Part shown: positions 52,015 to 64,000 of the stretch, piece by piece | Layout: every line of letters starts with the position of its first letter | Numbering within the stretch: position 1 is the first letter of the stretch | Origin: Octopus vulgaris | Taxonomy: Eukaryota | Direction: 5' to 3' | Length of the DNA stretch: 64,000 bases | NCBI GenBank assembly: GCA_951406725.2 | Contig: OX597818.1 | Coordinates: 28,644,001-28,708,000 of the forward strand | Translations under genes and position numbers: made by a program | Notes under the pieces: model-generated | Told to the model about the DNA's origin: nothing | The model's input: the letters and a program-made list of their open reading frames with translations, nothing else | Database searches by the model: none

Positions 52015-53045
52015 GGGTTGGACAAAATAATGGCAACACCTTGTTAAATAGAAGTTAATGATTTGATACAGAGCTTATCACCTTTGGCATCAATCACAAC
52101 TTTAATATGCTGGGGTATTGATTCATACAGCTTCTGAACAGATTTTGAGCCATTCTTCAAGTAAAACCTATTTAGCTCTTTCAGCAATGGTGACAAAGAG
52201 AAACAACTTCTCACATGCACTTCCAAAATACTCCACAAATGTTAAATTAAATTGAGATCAAGTGATTCTGTGGGCCAATCCCAATGGTCTACTTCACTCC
52301 TGTGCTCTTCATATCAGTTTTGAATGACATTCACCATGAGAATTGGTGCATTATCATCCTAGAAGATGGCACAACCATCAAGAAACAATTTTTGTACCAT
52401 AGGATGGACATGATCAGCCAAAATACTCAGGTAATCAATAGTATTAGCTCTGCTATGTAAAACAACTTACGAGGCAAAAAAATTCTGTGATATGAGTGCC
52501 CTAATCATCACAGACATATCACCATGCTTCCAAGTAGAAGCCATGCAGTCAGGGTTTAACACTTCTATAGACTGTCTCCAGGTATAAACTTGATTGAAAT
52601 TAAAAACAGAAAAGAAAGGTAATTCATTTGAGAAGATTATATTATTCCAATGAATCATTGATCTGATAATCTAAAAACCATTTTTTCTGCTTATCAGTGT
52701 TGTTGGGGACAGGATTGGTTTAACAATTGCAACCATTCCATGACATCCAGCTTTATAGAGGTCATGACAAATGGTTATGGTTTACACAAGGTTGGCAAAG
52801 TAGTAGTTCAGCTCTACTGTGACTTTTGCTGCTGTCCTTTGATGGTTTTTAAGCACAATATGTTTCACTATTCTGTCCAGAATTATGCTTGTCAGAGCTG
52901 GTTTTACATTGATTTTGAAAAACCAGCCTAATTTTAAACTGTACCACTCAAAATATTAAGCTATTCAGTAGTTTTAGTGACTTAAGCTCCACCCATCTGC
53001 ACTTCAAAAATTTATCTGCTTTCAAAATTACGTCACATGTTCAAT
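52013..53045 (-). mobile_element. Decayed Tc1 element
   Basis: TIR-like gagggttggacaaaataatggcaacacc, similar to the 16953 TIR. Minus-strand fragments IIFSNE, KHGDMSVMI, FxDDNAPI and KLYESIPQHIKVVIDAKG. Confidence 0.8.
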
Positions 53046-53503
53046 ATCGTTAGATATAAATGACAGCAAAAAGAGAGGGTTATATCATAAAGTGCAAAGT
53101 ATAGATAATATATAAGAACACATGTATTGGGTCACCTCATAAATAATGCAGTTTTTTATACATCGTTCATTTTTCAAAATTAAGATAAACAATTTCTTTT
53201 TTAATCTAAAATATTCTCTCCTTCATTTTCTTCAATGCCTTTCCATCTATCTGGTAGACTTGCAAGACCCCTCTTCCAAAATTCACTTGTCCATATTTTT
53301 AATTAAATGGACAATGTACTACACTACCTTGGATATCCTTGTTGCTTATTTTGATTGTAATCACCCCATTTGATTTATATGGATAATACCATACCAAATT
53401 CTGGTGCCTTTAACTTAAGTACCATATTCATCTGAATCTAAATTTTGCTGAACGTATATATATATATATATATACGAGAAAGGAGCAACAAGAATGGATA
53501 GGT

Positions 53504-53594
53504 TTTTAGTACAATCGTTTCATACAAGGACAGGCTTTATTAAAAGTTGCAAAAATTGCAGCATATAAACGTGTCCCATACTCATCAGCTAAAA
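53504..53594 (-). ncRNA. Type I hammerhead ribozyme with extended stem II
   Basis: Minus strand reads TTTTAG-CTGATGA-GTATGGGACA-(~38 nt)-TGTCCTTGTAT-GAAA-C-gatt-G-TA-CTAAAA. All core nucleotides and three stems are present. Confidence 0.75.
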
Positions 53595-53785
53595 TACATG
53601 TGAGTTCTCTAGACATCTTAGTAGTTGAGGCTATACTCATGAAGTAATGTAGATAATTAAGTAACATAAATAGATTTCCAAAGTTCATTAAAGTTCTTTA
53701 AAGATGATGTACAGTCTTATCACAGAATTTTAAAAAAGTTTTAATAGCATCACAGAGAAGGTGACTTAATCCATAGTGTACATAT

Positions 53786-54035
53786 GAATTTCCAGAGATA
53801 TGAGGAGGGATTACATACTCACAGACGACAAATTTATCCATTGTTAATCACAACGAGGTGGGTCTCAATTCCTGCTTATTAGCATTACAGAGAGGGTGAA
53901 TTAATCCTTTGTATAGATGCACAATTTCCAATGGTGTAGATGTAAATTTCCAGAGAAATGAAGAGGAATTTCATATTCACAGACGATAAATTTATCAATG
54001 GTTGAACACAATGAGGTAGGTATCAATTCTTGCTA
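53786..54035. repeat. Diverged direct repeat (~90-bp block, period ~158 bp)
   Basis: aatttccagaga..atga.gagg.att.cata.tcacagacga.aaatttatc occurs at about 53787 and 53945. Confidence 0.75.
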
Positions 54036-54124
54036 TATGATTAGGTATTTGCCACATTAATCATATTACTGCTATTTTCAAGAGACTGTAGCTATTTAAC
54101 GTTTAAAGGCTGAAGGGCTTTCTA

Positions 54125-54325
54125 GAGAGGCAAAGAACAGAAAGGGAAGGAAAGAGAGGAAAAGAGAGAAAATAAAGGAGGAGGGAGCAAAAAAGGGGGG
54201 GACTAAAAGAGAAGAGAAAAGGAAAAAGAAAAAAAAGAAAAAAGAGAATAAGAAGAAGAAAAAGAAAAAGAGAAAAGAGAAAGAAAGAGGGAAAGAAGGG
54301 AGAAAAGAAAAAGAAAAAAAGAGGG
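54125..54325. repeat. Polypurine (GA/GAAA-rich) low-complexity tract
   Basis: Read directly from the sequence. Confidence 0.9.
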
Positions 54326-54889
54326 TTCTAGTTATACAGAAGAATTAGTAGACGGCAAGTCTGGTTTTAATTTGCAGGCATCTAGGAACTAGAGGAGAAT
54401 ATTATTCCTTGACCAGTAAAACAGCTAATTTATTGCTAACGTGACGCCGTTGAAAGCAGCTATGAATTTAAAGAGAATCTAAAGAGATAGAATCTGAATA
54501 GATTTTTTTTTTCTTCCAGAAATATTGTAAATCTGTGACTTACTTTTGATGAAAGGGTGTGTTTTAAGAGAGATTTGGCTGCTATTTGTAGTAGCTCAAG
54601 TTAACACAAACACACCACTGCGTGTGTGTATGTGTGTGTTGTGTTGTGGTGAAAAAAGTACTTTTTCTTGGAATATTTTGCACCATAATTTTTAAAGAAA
54701 TCTGGACATCTTTCTGACTGCTAGCCATTCAACTTCAAATTACAATTGTTAATTGTTGGAAGTCAAGTAGACTGAGATGTGCATATACTATTATCGTATG
54801 GAGTGGAAGTTCAATGTAAAATTTTGAACTCATTATCTTGTGGTAATAATCTATTGCCTTAAATTTGAAACCATTTAGTCTTAAAACAC

Positions 54890-55225
54890 TATTTTATTGG
54901 GTTTAGTCATGATTGGGTATAACCTTTAAAAATTTAATTGATCATACTGACCTCAGTATGTATTTCAATCTGGCATTTATTTTATAGATCTCTGCTTGAT
55001 GAACTGCTAACTTTGAGAGATAGCGGGACACAGTACTTGATTTAACAACAACTCACGCACATACACACATATTAGGTGCAAGAATGACTGTGGTTGAGAC
55101 GTTTGCTTCTCAACCACATGGTTCCACATTCAATCCCTCTTCATGGTACCTTGAGCAAGTGATTTGTACTATAGCCCAAGGCCAACCATAGACTTATGAC
55201 TGAATTTGGTTGACGGAAACTGCAG
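54890..55225. mobile_element. Decayed SINE pieces (minus-strand piece ~54890-55040, plus-strand piece 55075-55225)
   Basis: tgtggttgagacgtttgcttctcaaccacatggtt...gtaccttgagcaagtg...gaatttggttgacggaaactg is the reverse complement of 43195-43345. Confidence 0.55.
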
Positions 55226-55417
55226 CATTGTTCATCAGAAAATTATGATAAACATGTTTATAAAGAAGAGTTTTTTGCTTCATACTCCTCATCTGCTGAT
55301 TCTGCCCGTAAAAAAAGATACAAATAATAGTGTGGCTGTAGGTCATAACACCTAGACAATGACAAGGTGCATTGCTAGTATATATATATTTATATATATA
55401 TATGTATGTATATAAAA

Positions 55418-55918
55418 TACAGGTTTTAGAAATTTTTACTACCAGTGGCCTAGCATATAGAAAAATTAGTCAATAGACTATATATTATTCATATAAAATA
55501 CAGTGTACATTTAAACACATTAAGAGTTTTCCATCACAGGAATCCCTTATGCTAGAAAGAACAGCTAAAGTCCAAACCACTAATTAGGGATAAATTCTTG
55601 AAGGGAATGAAAAATAAAAACATTTATCATCTATTTCCTGGACTTCACCTAGCAAATTATTTTATTTGCTAAAATTAGTCAGAAACCATGGTCCAGGAAA
55701 TAGATGGTAAATGTTTTTATTTTTCATTCCCTTTGAGAATTTATCCCTAATTAGTGGTTTGGACTTTAGCTGTTCTTTCTAGCGTAAGGAACTGTTATGA
55801 TGGAAACCTCTTAACGTGTTTAAATGTACACTGTATTTTATATGAATAATATATAGTCTATTGACTAATTTTTCTATACGCTAGGCCACTGGTAGTAAAA
55901 ATTTCTAAAACCTATATT
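55418..55918. repeat. Near-perfect long inverted repeat (~225-bp arms, ~47-bp spacer)
   Basis: 55418-55643 is the reverse complement of 55691-55918 with few differences. The spacer contains the hairpin tagcaaat...atttgcta. Confidence 0.92.
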
Positions 55919-56184
55919 GCCCTGATATTATTAATTATATATGTATATATTTATAATACAAATGGAGAAACAATTTAGTTGGTTCATCAGCTTTCAGATA
56001 TTAGAATGTTGACTTATTTATTCATTTAACAAAAATGAGAACCTTAATAGCATACATATATACATTATAATTCAATACATATAAGATAAGAATACAATTA
56101 TAAAAATCATAATATAAATTAGAACAAATATAGTAGAACAAATATAGTATTATTGGACACTCAGGAAGGAAGGAAAGAAGGAGG

Positions 56185-56219
56185 GTTTAACGTTTCGAGT
56201 GGAGCTCTTCGTCAGAAAC
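56185..56219 (-). ncRNA. Minimal hammerhead-like motif (PLE-type, dimer-competent stem III)
   Basis: Minus strand reads GTTT-CTGACGA-A-GAG-ctcca-CTC-GAAAC-GTT-AAAC, with the palindrome AACGTT at stem III. Confidence 0.6.
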
Positions 56220-56469
56220 ATAGGAAAAGGAAAGATCCAAAGAAGGGACGACGGAGGAAAAAAAATCGCCAACGGTACACACGCGGTCACATTTTAAATA
56301 TATATATATATATATATATATAAGAGACCAATGTGTACGTACGCTGCTATATCTTTTTATATATGAAAAATACAAAAAAATGGACAAGAATGCAAAACAT
56401 CCAGACAGTTAGGTGATACAAAAAGGGACAACTCTGAAAAAGTATCCACAGTGATTTTGCAAGAGCTTG

Positions 56470-57435
56470 CATGATTTTAGGAGAACTGATTTTAGGAGAA
56501 CTGTCGGTAATCCATCTATGGCTGATGTTACATTTTTGATATTGATATAATCATGGCTGTCATTTTCCATGTAGGTCTACAATGCTTCTTTACATGTTTT
56601 CCATTGGAGAAGTGCTTATTTAGTACTTCATTTATCCTCTTGAGATCTGCAGTTAGTGAGCCTTCTTCTTCAAACAGTGGCCCTCTCTTGTGCACCGAGG
56701 CAAATACTTTTGTGAACTTGTTGAAGGCTTTAAGATTTATTTTTATATTTTCCAGCAGCTTGGTTTCTATTTCTATGGGAGAGTCTGAGTTTATTTTTTT
56801 ATCTTTAAAAGTCTTCCTTTGAAGAGAGATTTCTTGCTGTCATCAAGTTGTTTATGTAAGTGATTGGAGATCTTGATTTTACATCTCAAAAGAACTCCCC
56901 TGTTTCCAAAAATAATGTTTTTGAATGTTGTCGCTGTCTTCCCTGGGACAAATTTAACGTACATAGCTTGCATTATTGACATGCATTCTTTAAGTGTCAT
57001 ACCAATGTTTTGCATAGAGTAACTTTGAAGCCAATTTTGCTGGATAATCCATTTTTCAATTGACTTCCAGTCAGCCTTGTAGAAGTTCAGACTGGATAGA
57101 ATTTGGGTACCATCTATGTGAAATACATCGGTAATTGGTTTTGGATTGTACATTGTCAGTTCTGTTGTGGTCTGGGAAGATTGTTGGTGATATCTTCACA
57201 TTGTAGATAAGACCTACATTGTTGATGGAACAGAGGCCTACGTTATCATTCTTGGTTGGAGAGAATATTGTTTGCCCCATGAACAGCACTTTTCTGGAGT
57301 CAAGTAGAGTTTCTGCTTGATTATGCTATTTGCATGCCATTCCTGAGATTATATTGTCTTCCAGCTCTCTGATGGTGGAAAGTTGAAGTCACCCATCAGA
57401 AGTATACTAATGAGTTGATCCAGCTTTGTTATCAT
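56470..57435 (-). mobile_element. Decayed CR1-group LINE fragment (APE endonuclease C-half and linker)
   Basis: Minus strand reads ILLMGDFNFP, PTKNDN, ISPTIFPDHN, LNFYKADWKSI and IKINLKAF. Confidence 0.75.
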
Positions 57436-57441
57436 ACATAC

Positions 57442-57483
<42 letters not shown>

Positions 57484-57549
57484 CTTATAAGCCAGTGGAC
57501 GATTGTATCCCCTCCTCATTACTCGCTACACCTCCAGAGAAAACACGGA

Positions 57550-57945
57550 TTTTCAAAAATGGCCAGCTAAGACCTTAACTTTCAACCTGTTACTTTCATA
57601 TTTTTAAGCGTTTGTTTGGATACCTTGATCTGCTCCCCTTTCGTTTCTCTATTTATCTCTAAACATGGCGTCTTCATGCATTTTTAAACTCCACCTTTAC
57701 CTTTACTTTCAGCGCCATCTTCGTTGTTTATTCCATTCTCCTTCAAAATATGCTCCCTCGTATCATATCATATCATATTTATTATTTATTTTTTCATTCT
57801 CTCTTTGGTTTTCATTCATTTATCTAATTATTTTTCCCCTCAAATTCAGTAATTTTATTGCAGAGAAAATTCCTTACGAATTATATTCAAACTAGTTGCT
57901 TCGATGTTCGCGCCTGCCCTCCCACCACCAATACCGGAAGTTTCT
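57550..57945. promoter_or_regulatory. Promoter-like motif cluster (YY1-type and ETS-type sites, locally raised CpG)
   Basis: AAAATGGC near 57556, AACATGGCG at 57662, CGCCATCTT at 57713 and CCGGAAGT at 57934. Motif matches only. Confidence 0.3.
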
Positions 57946-58061
57946 ACCCCTGTCTTACTTAACTACCCCCCACCCCCACTCGCACCACTATGTAGGGTTT
58001 ATCTGATCATATAGCGCAAAAAATTGTGAAATGTATGCAGGTTGTAGTCTAGTGTTTCCAT

Positions 58062-61000
58062 ATGAAATCTGCCAAATGCAAGCTTTCTTTTCAGGTACAT
58101 GACACGGCTGTCCCTCATCCCAGGGTCTCAAAAGCCCACACCTCCCACACCCTCAGAGTTGGCACACTCAATGTTGGCACATTGAAAGGTAGGTCTGGAG
58201 AGATTGTAGAGCTGCTTGAACAGAGACGTGTGGATGTATGCTGCATCCAGGAAGTAAGGTGGAGAGGAGGTTCCGCTAGGCTCCTCACAGGCAAGGAACA
58301 CAGGTACAAGATTTTCTGGGCAGGGAACACTGACGGGGTCAGGGGTATACTTCTTGCGGAGAAATGGGTAGATAAGGTAATCGAGGTAGTCAGAGTAAGT
58401 GACAGAGTAATTAAAATTAGATTAGTCCTTCACCATAGGACAGCTACCATCATCTCGGCATATGCCCCTCAACCAGGGCTACCGGAAGGACAAAAAGACC
58501 AATTCTATGACACCCTATTGCGGACTACCTCGTTGACAAATGACAGTGACCTTCTCTTCGTGGCAGGTGATTTCAATGGACATGTCGGATGGCATGTCGG
58601 GGGCTTCCATGGCGTCCATGGAGGCTACGGTTTTGGCTCTCGTAATGAGGAGGGAACCAGGCTGCTGGAGTTCTGCGATGCAAATGACCTTATGGTCTGC
58701 AATACCAACTTCAGGAAACCCACCTCTCACCTAGTCACCTACCGTTCTGGCAGACACACCAGTCAGATTGACTACATCCTTGCCAGAAAAAGGGAAAGAG
58801 GGCTGATTATAAATGCCAAAACCTTTCCAGGCGAAGAATGTACTCCTCAACATAGATTAGTAGTTAGCGACTTCAGGATCAGAGCTAAATGGTTGCCCAG
58901 AAGAAGACCAGCTTGGAGGAGAAGGGTCTGGAAGCTTAAAGATCTTGCAAATGGACAGAGATTTAGAGACATACTACTCGAAGCCTTTGACGAAATAGAA
59001 GGGGATATAGCTTCACTTAATGGGGAAGACAACTGGAGATTTCTACGGGACAATCTGCTGACAGCCACTGACCAGATCTGTGGATGGAGCAAAGTACCAT
59101 CTCGACCCAGAGTAACATGGTGGTGGAACACTGTGGTTGACAGGGCTATTAGACAAAAGAGACAGGCTTGGAAGGACTGGAAGAACGGTGGTAGCAGGGA
59201 ATTGTATCAGACAGCCAGAAGGGAAGCTAGGAGACAGGTTTATTTAGCCAGAGGGGAAGCATATAAGAAAAAATTTGCCAATGTTCTGAGCTGTGAGGAT
59301 GAAAGACTTGAGGTATTTCGTGTTGCATGACAGTGTGTGAGAGAGAATCGTGATGTGGTAGGAGAGAAGTGTGTTCGCATGGATGATGGTTCACTTGCAC
59401 TAAATGAGGATGCAAAGAGAGAGGTTTGGAGATGCCACTATGAAAGGTTGCTGAATAAAGAAAATGAATGGGATAAAGAGTGTCTGCCGAATGTTGACCC
59501 AACAGAGGGACCAGCTATCCGAGTTGATAGTTCCGTGGTAGCTAAGGCAATTAGAAGCATGAAGACAGGGAAAGCCCCAGGCCCATCAGGAATTACTGCA
59601 GAGATGCTCAAAATATCTGGCAGTGTCAGCTATAACCTAGTCACCCGTATAGTCAACCAGGTGATACACGAAGGAGTCATACCCAATGACTGGTGTAGCT
59701 GCATACTAGTCAACAGCTACAAAGGTAAAGGTGATGCCCTAGATACAAATAATTACAGAGGTATCAAGTTGTTGGATCAGGTAATGAAGGTTACGGAGAG
59801 GGTCATAGCCCAACTAATTAGAGAGAGAGTTAGTTTAGATGAGATGCAGTTTGGGTTCGTGCCAGGGAAAAGCACCACTGATGCTATATTCCTGGTAAGG
59901 CAGCTGCAGGAGAAATACCTAGCCAAAGATAAGCCCTGTACCTGGCTTTCGTTGACATGGAGAAAGCCTTTGATAGGGTCCCCCGATCCCTCATCTGGTG
60001 GTCAATGAGGAAACTAGGGATAGATGAATGGCTGGTGAGGGCTCTGCAAGCCATGTACAGAGATGCCGTAAGTAAGGTTAGGGTTGGCAACATGTACACA
60101 GAAGAATTCAAAGTAGAGGTTGGGGTCCACCAGGGTTCAGTACTCAGCCCCCTCCTATTTATCATAGTCCTCCAGGCAATTGTGGAGGAATTCAAGACAG
60201 GATGCCCCTGGGATCTCCTCTATGCTGACGACCTTGCTCTAATTGCTGAGTCACTATCAGAACTGGAGGAGAAGTTCCAGGTGTGGAAGGAGGGTTTAGA
60301 ATCGAGGGGCCTTAGAGTCAACCTAGCTAAAACCAAAGTTCTAATAAGTAGAAAGGTAGACAATCCACAAATGTCTTCAGGAAGATGGCCCTGCTCGATC
60401 TGTAGAAAAGGTGTAGGTAGAAACTCTATAAGATGTACCCAGTGTAAGCTATGGACACATAAGAGGTGCAGCAATGTCAAAGGTAGGCTAACTGGGAAGA
60501 TAGTTTTTGTATGTGGCAGATGCTCGGGAGCATTGACCTCCGAAAATCTGCAGAAAACAACTTCTGTCACTTTCCAGGGGGAAAAACTAGAAGTAGTTGA
60601 TAGCTTCCGTTATCTAGGTGACCAAGTCAGTAGTGGGGGTGGGTGCGCTGAAAGTGTAACTGCTAGAATAAGAATAGCCTGGGCAAAGTTTAGGGAGCTC
60701 TTACCTCTGCTGGTGACTAAATGCCTCTCGCTCAGAGTAAAAGGTAGACTGTATGATGCATGTGTACGAACTGCCATGCTACATGGCAGTGAAACATGGG
60801 CCGTGACTGCTGAGGACATGCGTAAGCTCATGAGGAATGAAGCCAGTATGCTCCGATGGATGTGTAATGTCAGTGTACTTACTCGACAGAGCGTTAGTAC
60901 CTGAGAAAAATGTTGTACCTAAGAAGCATCAGTTGTGGTGTGCAAGAGAGACGATTGCGCTGGTATGGTCATGTGGCGAGAATGGATGAAGATAGATGTG

Positions 61001-61167
61001 TGAGAAAGTGCCAATCCCTAGCAGTTGAGGGAACCTGTGGAAGAGGTAGACCCAGGAAAACCTGGGACGAGGTGGTGAAGCACGACCTTCGAACGTTAGG
61101 TCTCACCATGGAAATGACTAGAAACCTATGGAAGTATGCTGTGCGTGAGAAGACCCGGCAAGACTAG
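58062..61167 (+). pseudogene. RTE ORF (endonuclease-reverse transcriptase) disrupted by few lesions
   Basis: Stop at 59328-59330 (likely CGA>TGA), frameshift near 59938 (KDKP/YLAFVDMEKAFD), and a stop or frameshift near 60904. Confidence 0.9.
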
Positions 61168-61790
61168 TGAAGCCATAACCCATGGCCCCCACCTGGGACG
61201 TAGTCAGTCCACCTGTGCATACCTTCCTTCTTGTGACACTTGTGAAGACCTGTTGAAGCAAGTGAAAATCAAATCAAATCAAATCAAATCAAACCAAATC
61301 AAAATAGATGAACATCAATGGAATTTGTATCTTTGTGGTACCAGTGCCGGTGGCACATAAGAAAACCATCCAAACGTGGCCGTAGCCAGTACCGCATCAA
61401 CTGGCCTCCGTGCTGTGGGTACGTAAAAAACACCATCCGATCGTGGCCGTTCGCCAGCCTCGTCTGGCACCTGTGTCGGTGGCACATAAAAAACACCATC
61501 CGAGCGTGGCCGTCTGCCAGCCTCGTCTGGCATCTGTGTCGGTGGCACATAAAAAACACCATCCGAGCGTGGCCGTCTGCCAGCCTCGTCTGGCACCTGT
61601 GTCGGTGGCACATAAAATCACCCACTACACTCTCGGAGTGGTTGGCATTAGGAAGGGCATCCAGCTGTAGAAACACTGCCAGATCTGACTGGCCTGGGGC
61701 AGCCTTCGGGCTCGCCAGACCCCAGTTGAACTGTCCAACCCATGCTAGCATGGAAAGCGGACGTTAAACGATGATGATGATGATGATGAT
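58090..61790 (+). mobile_element. Near full-length RTE-clade LINE (APE endonuclease, RT, PHD-type finger, repeat-containing 3' UTR, (GAT)n tail)
   Basis: GTLNVGTL, CIQEVRW, SAYAPQ, GDFNGH, SQIDY, QHRLV, NYRGIKLL, QFGF, EKAFDRV, GVHQGSVLSP, YADD, FRYLG and RRLRWYGHV motifs. Tail gacgttaaacgatgatgat. Confidence 0.96.
61345..61620 (+). repeat. 63-bp tandem repeat in the RTE 3' UTR
   Basis: gtcggtggcacat recurs at 61475, 61538 and 61601, with degenerate units upstream. Preceded by (AAATC)n at 61266-61302. Confidence 0.9.
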
Positions 61791-61817
61791 ATATATATAT
61801 ATATATATACATATATA

Positions 61818-61858
<41 letters not shown>

Positions 61859-62489
61859 TATATATATGTATATATATATATGATTATATATATACATAAA
61901 ATACATTGTCCCTGTGTGTGCCCTCTCTGCACAGTTAAACCTCTGGATCAATCTGTAGCATATTTGGGTTACATGAATAATTTGTCCTTGAAAATAATAA
62001 TACGGCTTTGATTTATTTTTTTATTAAAAATAAATAATATTATTGCTTTATATATATAATAAAGATTTACTTCTTCGAACCGTTTGGTCAATGTCAACTT
62101 CCTGTGTCTGGTATTCTGACATAGTAACTAAGTAGCCAGCTATTTACAAATACACACACACACACACATATGTATGCATCATTACATTTGTGATGGTTTC
62201 TGATGAATATTAATTTCTAAGGGTACTTTCATCTTTTATATTCTTCTCCAGCTTTCTGTTTGTGTATTTGTACATTCAAGCTCATTTCTGTAAAAATTCT
62301 CCAATGTCAACAGGTCTGTTTCATATATAACTATTACCACCACAACGATTACTATCACTGCTAACCACTGCCACTTCTACTTTATACTGTCACTATGACA
62401 ACTAAAAGTTCTGTCACTAATACTTATACTACAAATACTACTAATGCAACCACCACCACCACTACTACTGTCATCATCATCATTAATTA

Positions 62490-62595
62490 TCAAGCTGACA
62501 GAATTGCTAGCACGCCATGTGAGATACTTAGCGGTACTTCCTCTGTTGCTATGTTCTGAGTTCAAATTCCGCCAAGGTCAACTTTGCCTTTCATA
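62490..62595 (+). mobile_element. SINE 5' fragment
   Basis: agctgacagaattg (A-box-like), gagttcaaattcc (B box), then ggtcaactttgcctttcat. Confidence 0.55.
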
Positions 62596-62659
62596 TGTCA
62601 ACAGATCTGTTTTATAAGACATATATTTGTGTGTGCCCTCTCTGGACGGCCACACTGCT

Positions 62660-63836
62660 GGTGAGATGGTCAATGATCTCATAATTCATAAATCTTTAGC
62701 AACAGTCAACGGCTCTGTGAGTGAGCCATCTTAGCTCCACATAATGATGCAGTCAACAAAATCAACTGGAATTTCTTGCAGCCCTTGCCAAGGCAAGAAC
62801 AGTCTTTCAAATCCCTCAACACCGTCATTGATCCAGGTCAGGCTGTAGTTTTCCAACTGAGTTCCTGAACTCTCTACAGCTATCTGAGAAGCCACCTCAC
62901 CACTTAAACACTTAAAGAGCGGACACCAATCATGCTGCCAAAGAATTTGGATCCACTTTGTCTGTGCAATGGCACCAGACTGGTGGTGAAAGCGATGCAA
63001 CCCCATTTCCTAGCAGCAACAATTATGACTGGGAACTATAAGGGTGAAGATGTCTTCATTCCATGGATCCTGTTAATCCCATATGACCTCTCCTTTGAAT
63101 TTAAACGGTTCTGGTTCCCAGGGAAACTAAGTTTCATTTTGTCAATAAACAAATCTCAAGGAGAGTCTCTCAAGGTTGTTGGACTTCACTGTGCTTCTCT
63201 CATGGGCAATTATATGTAAGATGTTCATGAGTTGGACGTTCCCCAAACCTTTTCATGTATACACCAATAAAAGGACACACTTAAAACACTGCGTATTTAG
63301 AAGCTCTAGAATCTAGATCATTAAAATGCGATTGATATCCAAATTTGTTTCAATACATTTGTTTATACTCACATCATCTGATAGAAATTTTGTTAAATGT
63401 ATTTATAAACAGGAGAGGAGCACCTGGAGGGCAGTTCTCAAATTTATGCATTTTCAGGTTCAATATGTTTCAAATAAGTACTGACAATTGAAGGTGATTA
63501 CAAAAACAAAGAACTACCTGCATTTTTAACAATTTTAACAATGAGAACATCAGACAAAACATATTATTGACATATACAGTTGGTACCTCAGCTTATTAGC
63601 TGTTGAGAACTGCATAATCCATGTTTCATTTTACTTAGAGATTAGAAAGCATAGTTAAAAATCATTACTTTCAATTACCTGGGAAATGTCGGGGTATTAA
63701 CATATGAAATTGGTACCTCAGCTACTAGAAGGGGAGACCTGCATAGTCTATGTTTCATGTCAGTTAGAGATCTAGAAGTCTTTTACAAATTTCTTTATTT
63801 TCTTTAACCTGGTCAACATTGGGTATTTTTTGCTAG
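62660..63836 (+). mobile_element. Helitron fragment: PIF1-like helicase C-terminus plus 3' end
   Basis: LCE*AILAPHNDAVNKIN, FPTEFLNSL, LCNGTRLVV, INKSQGESL and HGQLYV. A degenerate hairpin acctggtcaacattgggt precedes CTAG at 63833-63836. A subterminal ~130-bp duplication spans 63580-63830. Confidence 0.88.
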
Positions 63837-64000
63837 CATATATATATATATATATATGGTAAAGGTGGTTGATCCTGCGAAATAGCAGTTAAATCAATTG
63901 CTGCAGGAGAGGAAATGGAATCGACAGATAGATCGCTAGTAACACAAAAGACAAAAGTGCAAGCATGCTGGTGTGATGCGCGACACAGATAATTTTCTCT

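Noticed and set aside
55900-55995. Possible hammerhead (minus-strand CTGATGA near 55985) associated with the 55.4-kb palindrome
   Set aside because: No convincing stem I or stem III could be paired.
61345-61620. Regularly spaced repeats resembling a CRISPR array
   Set aside because: The units are contiguous tandem copies with no unique spacers and no cas genes, and they lie within a LINE 3' UTR in a eukaryotic context.
62932-63219. Host PIF1 helicase gene
   Set aside because: It is intronless, has stops and frameshifts, and is followed by a Helitron hairpin-CTAG end, so it is transposon-derived.

Overview
AT-rich eukaryotic DNA that is almost entirely repeats. It is most consistent with an animal genome, probably a coleoid cephalopod such as Octopus; this is an inference from the (TA)n/(TACA)n load and the RTE/SINE families with (GAT)n tails, not a database result. 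No host protein-coding gene could be confidently identified, and most long ORFs in the track are microsatellite artefacts. Recognisable content: CR1/L2-group LINE fragments; several RTE-clade LINEs, one near full length with a PHD-type finger inside the RT region; two decayed R4/Dong-like LINEs; Penelope-like element (PLE) remnants; a solo LTR; Tc1, mariner, Tigger and hAT DNA transposons; non-autonomous Helitrons plus a Helitron helicase fragment; and tRNA-type SINEs. The most interesting signal is about 11 hammerhead-ribozyme-like motifs from about 6 sequence-distinct families, several in PLE pseudo-LTRs or long inverted repeats. Other highlights are a pri-miRNA-like hairpin at about 28.7 kb, a 140-bp locally templated insertion, and a three-level mariner>Tc1>Helitron nest. 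All structures were read by eye; none was computed.
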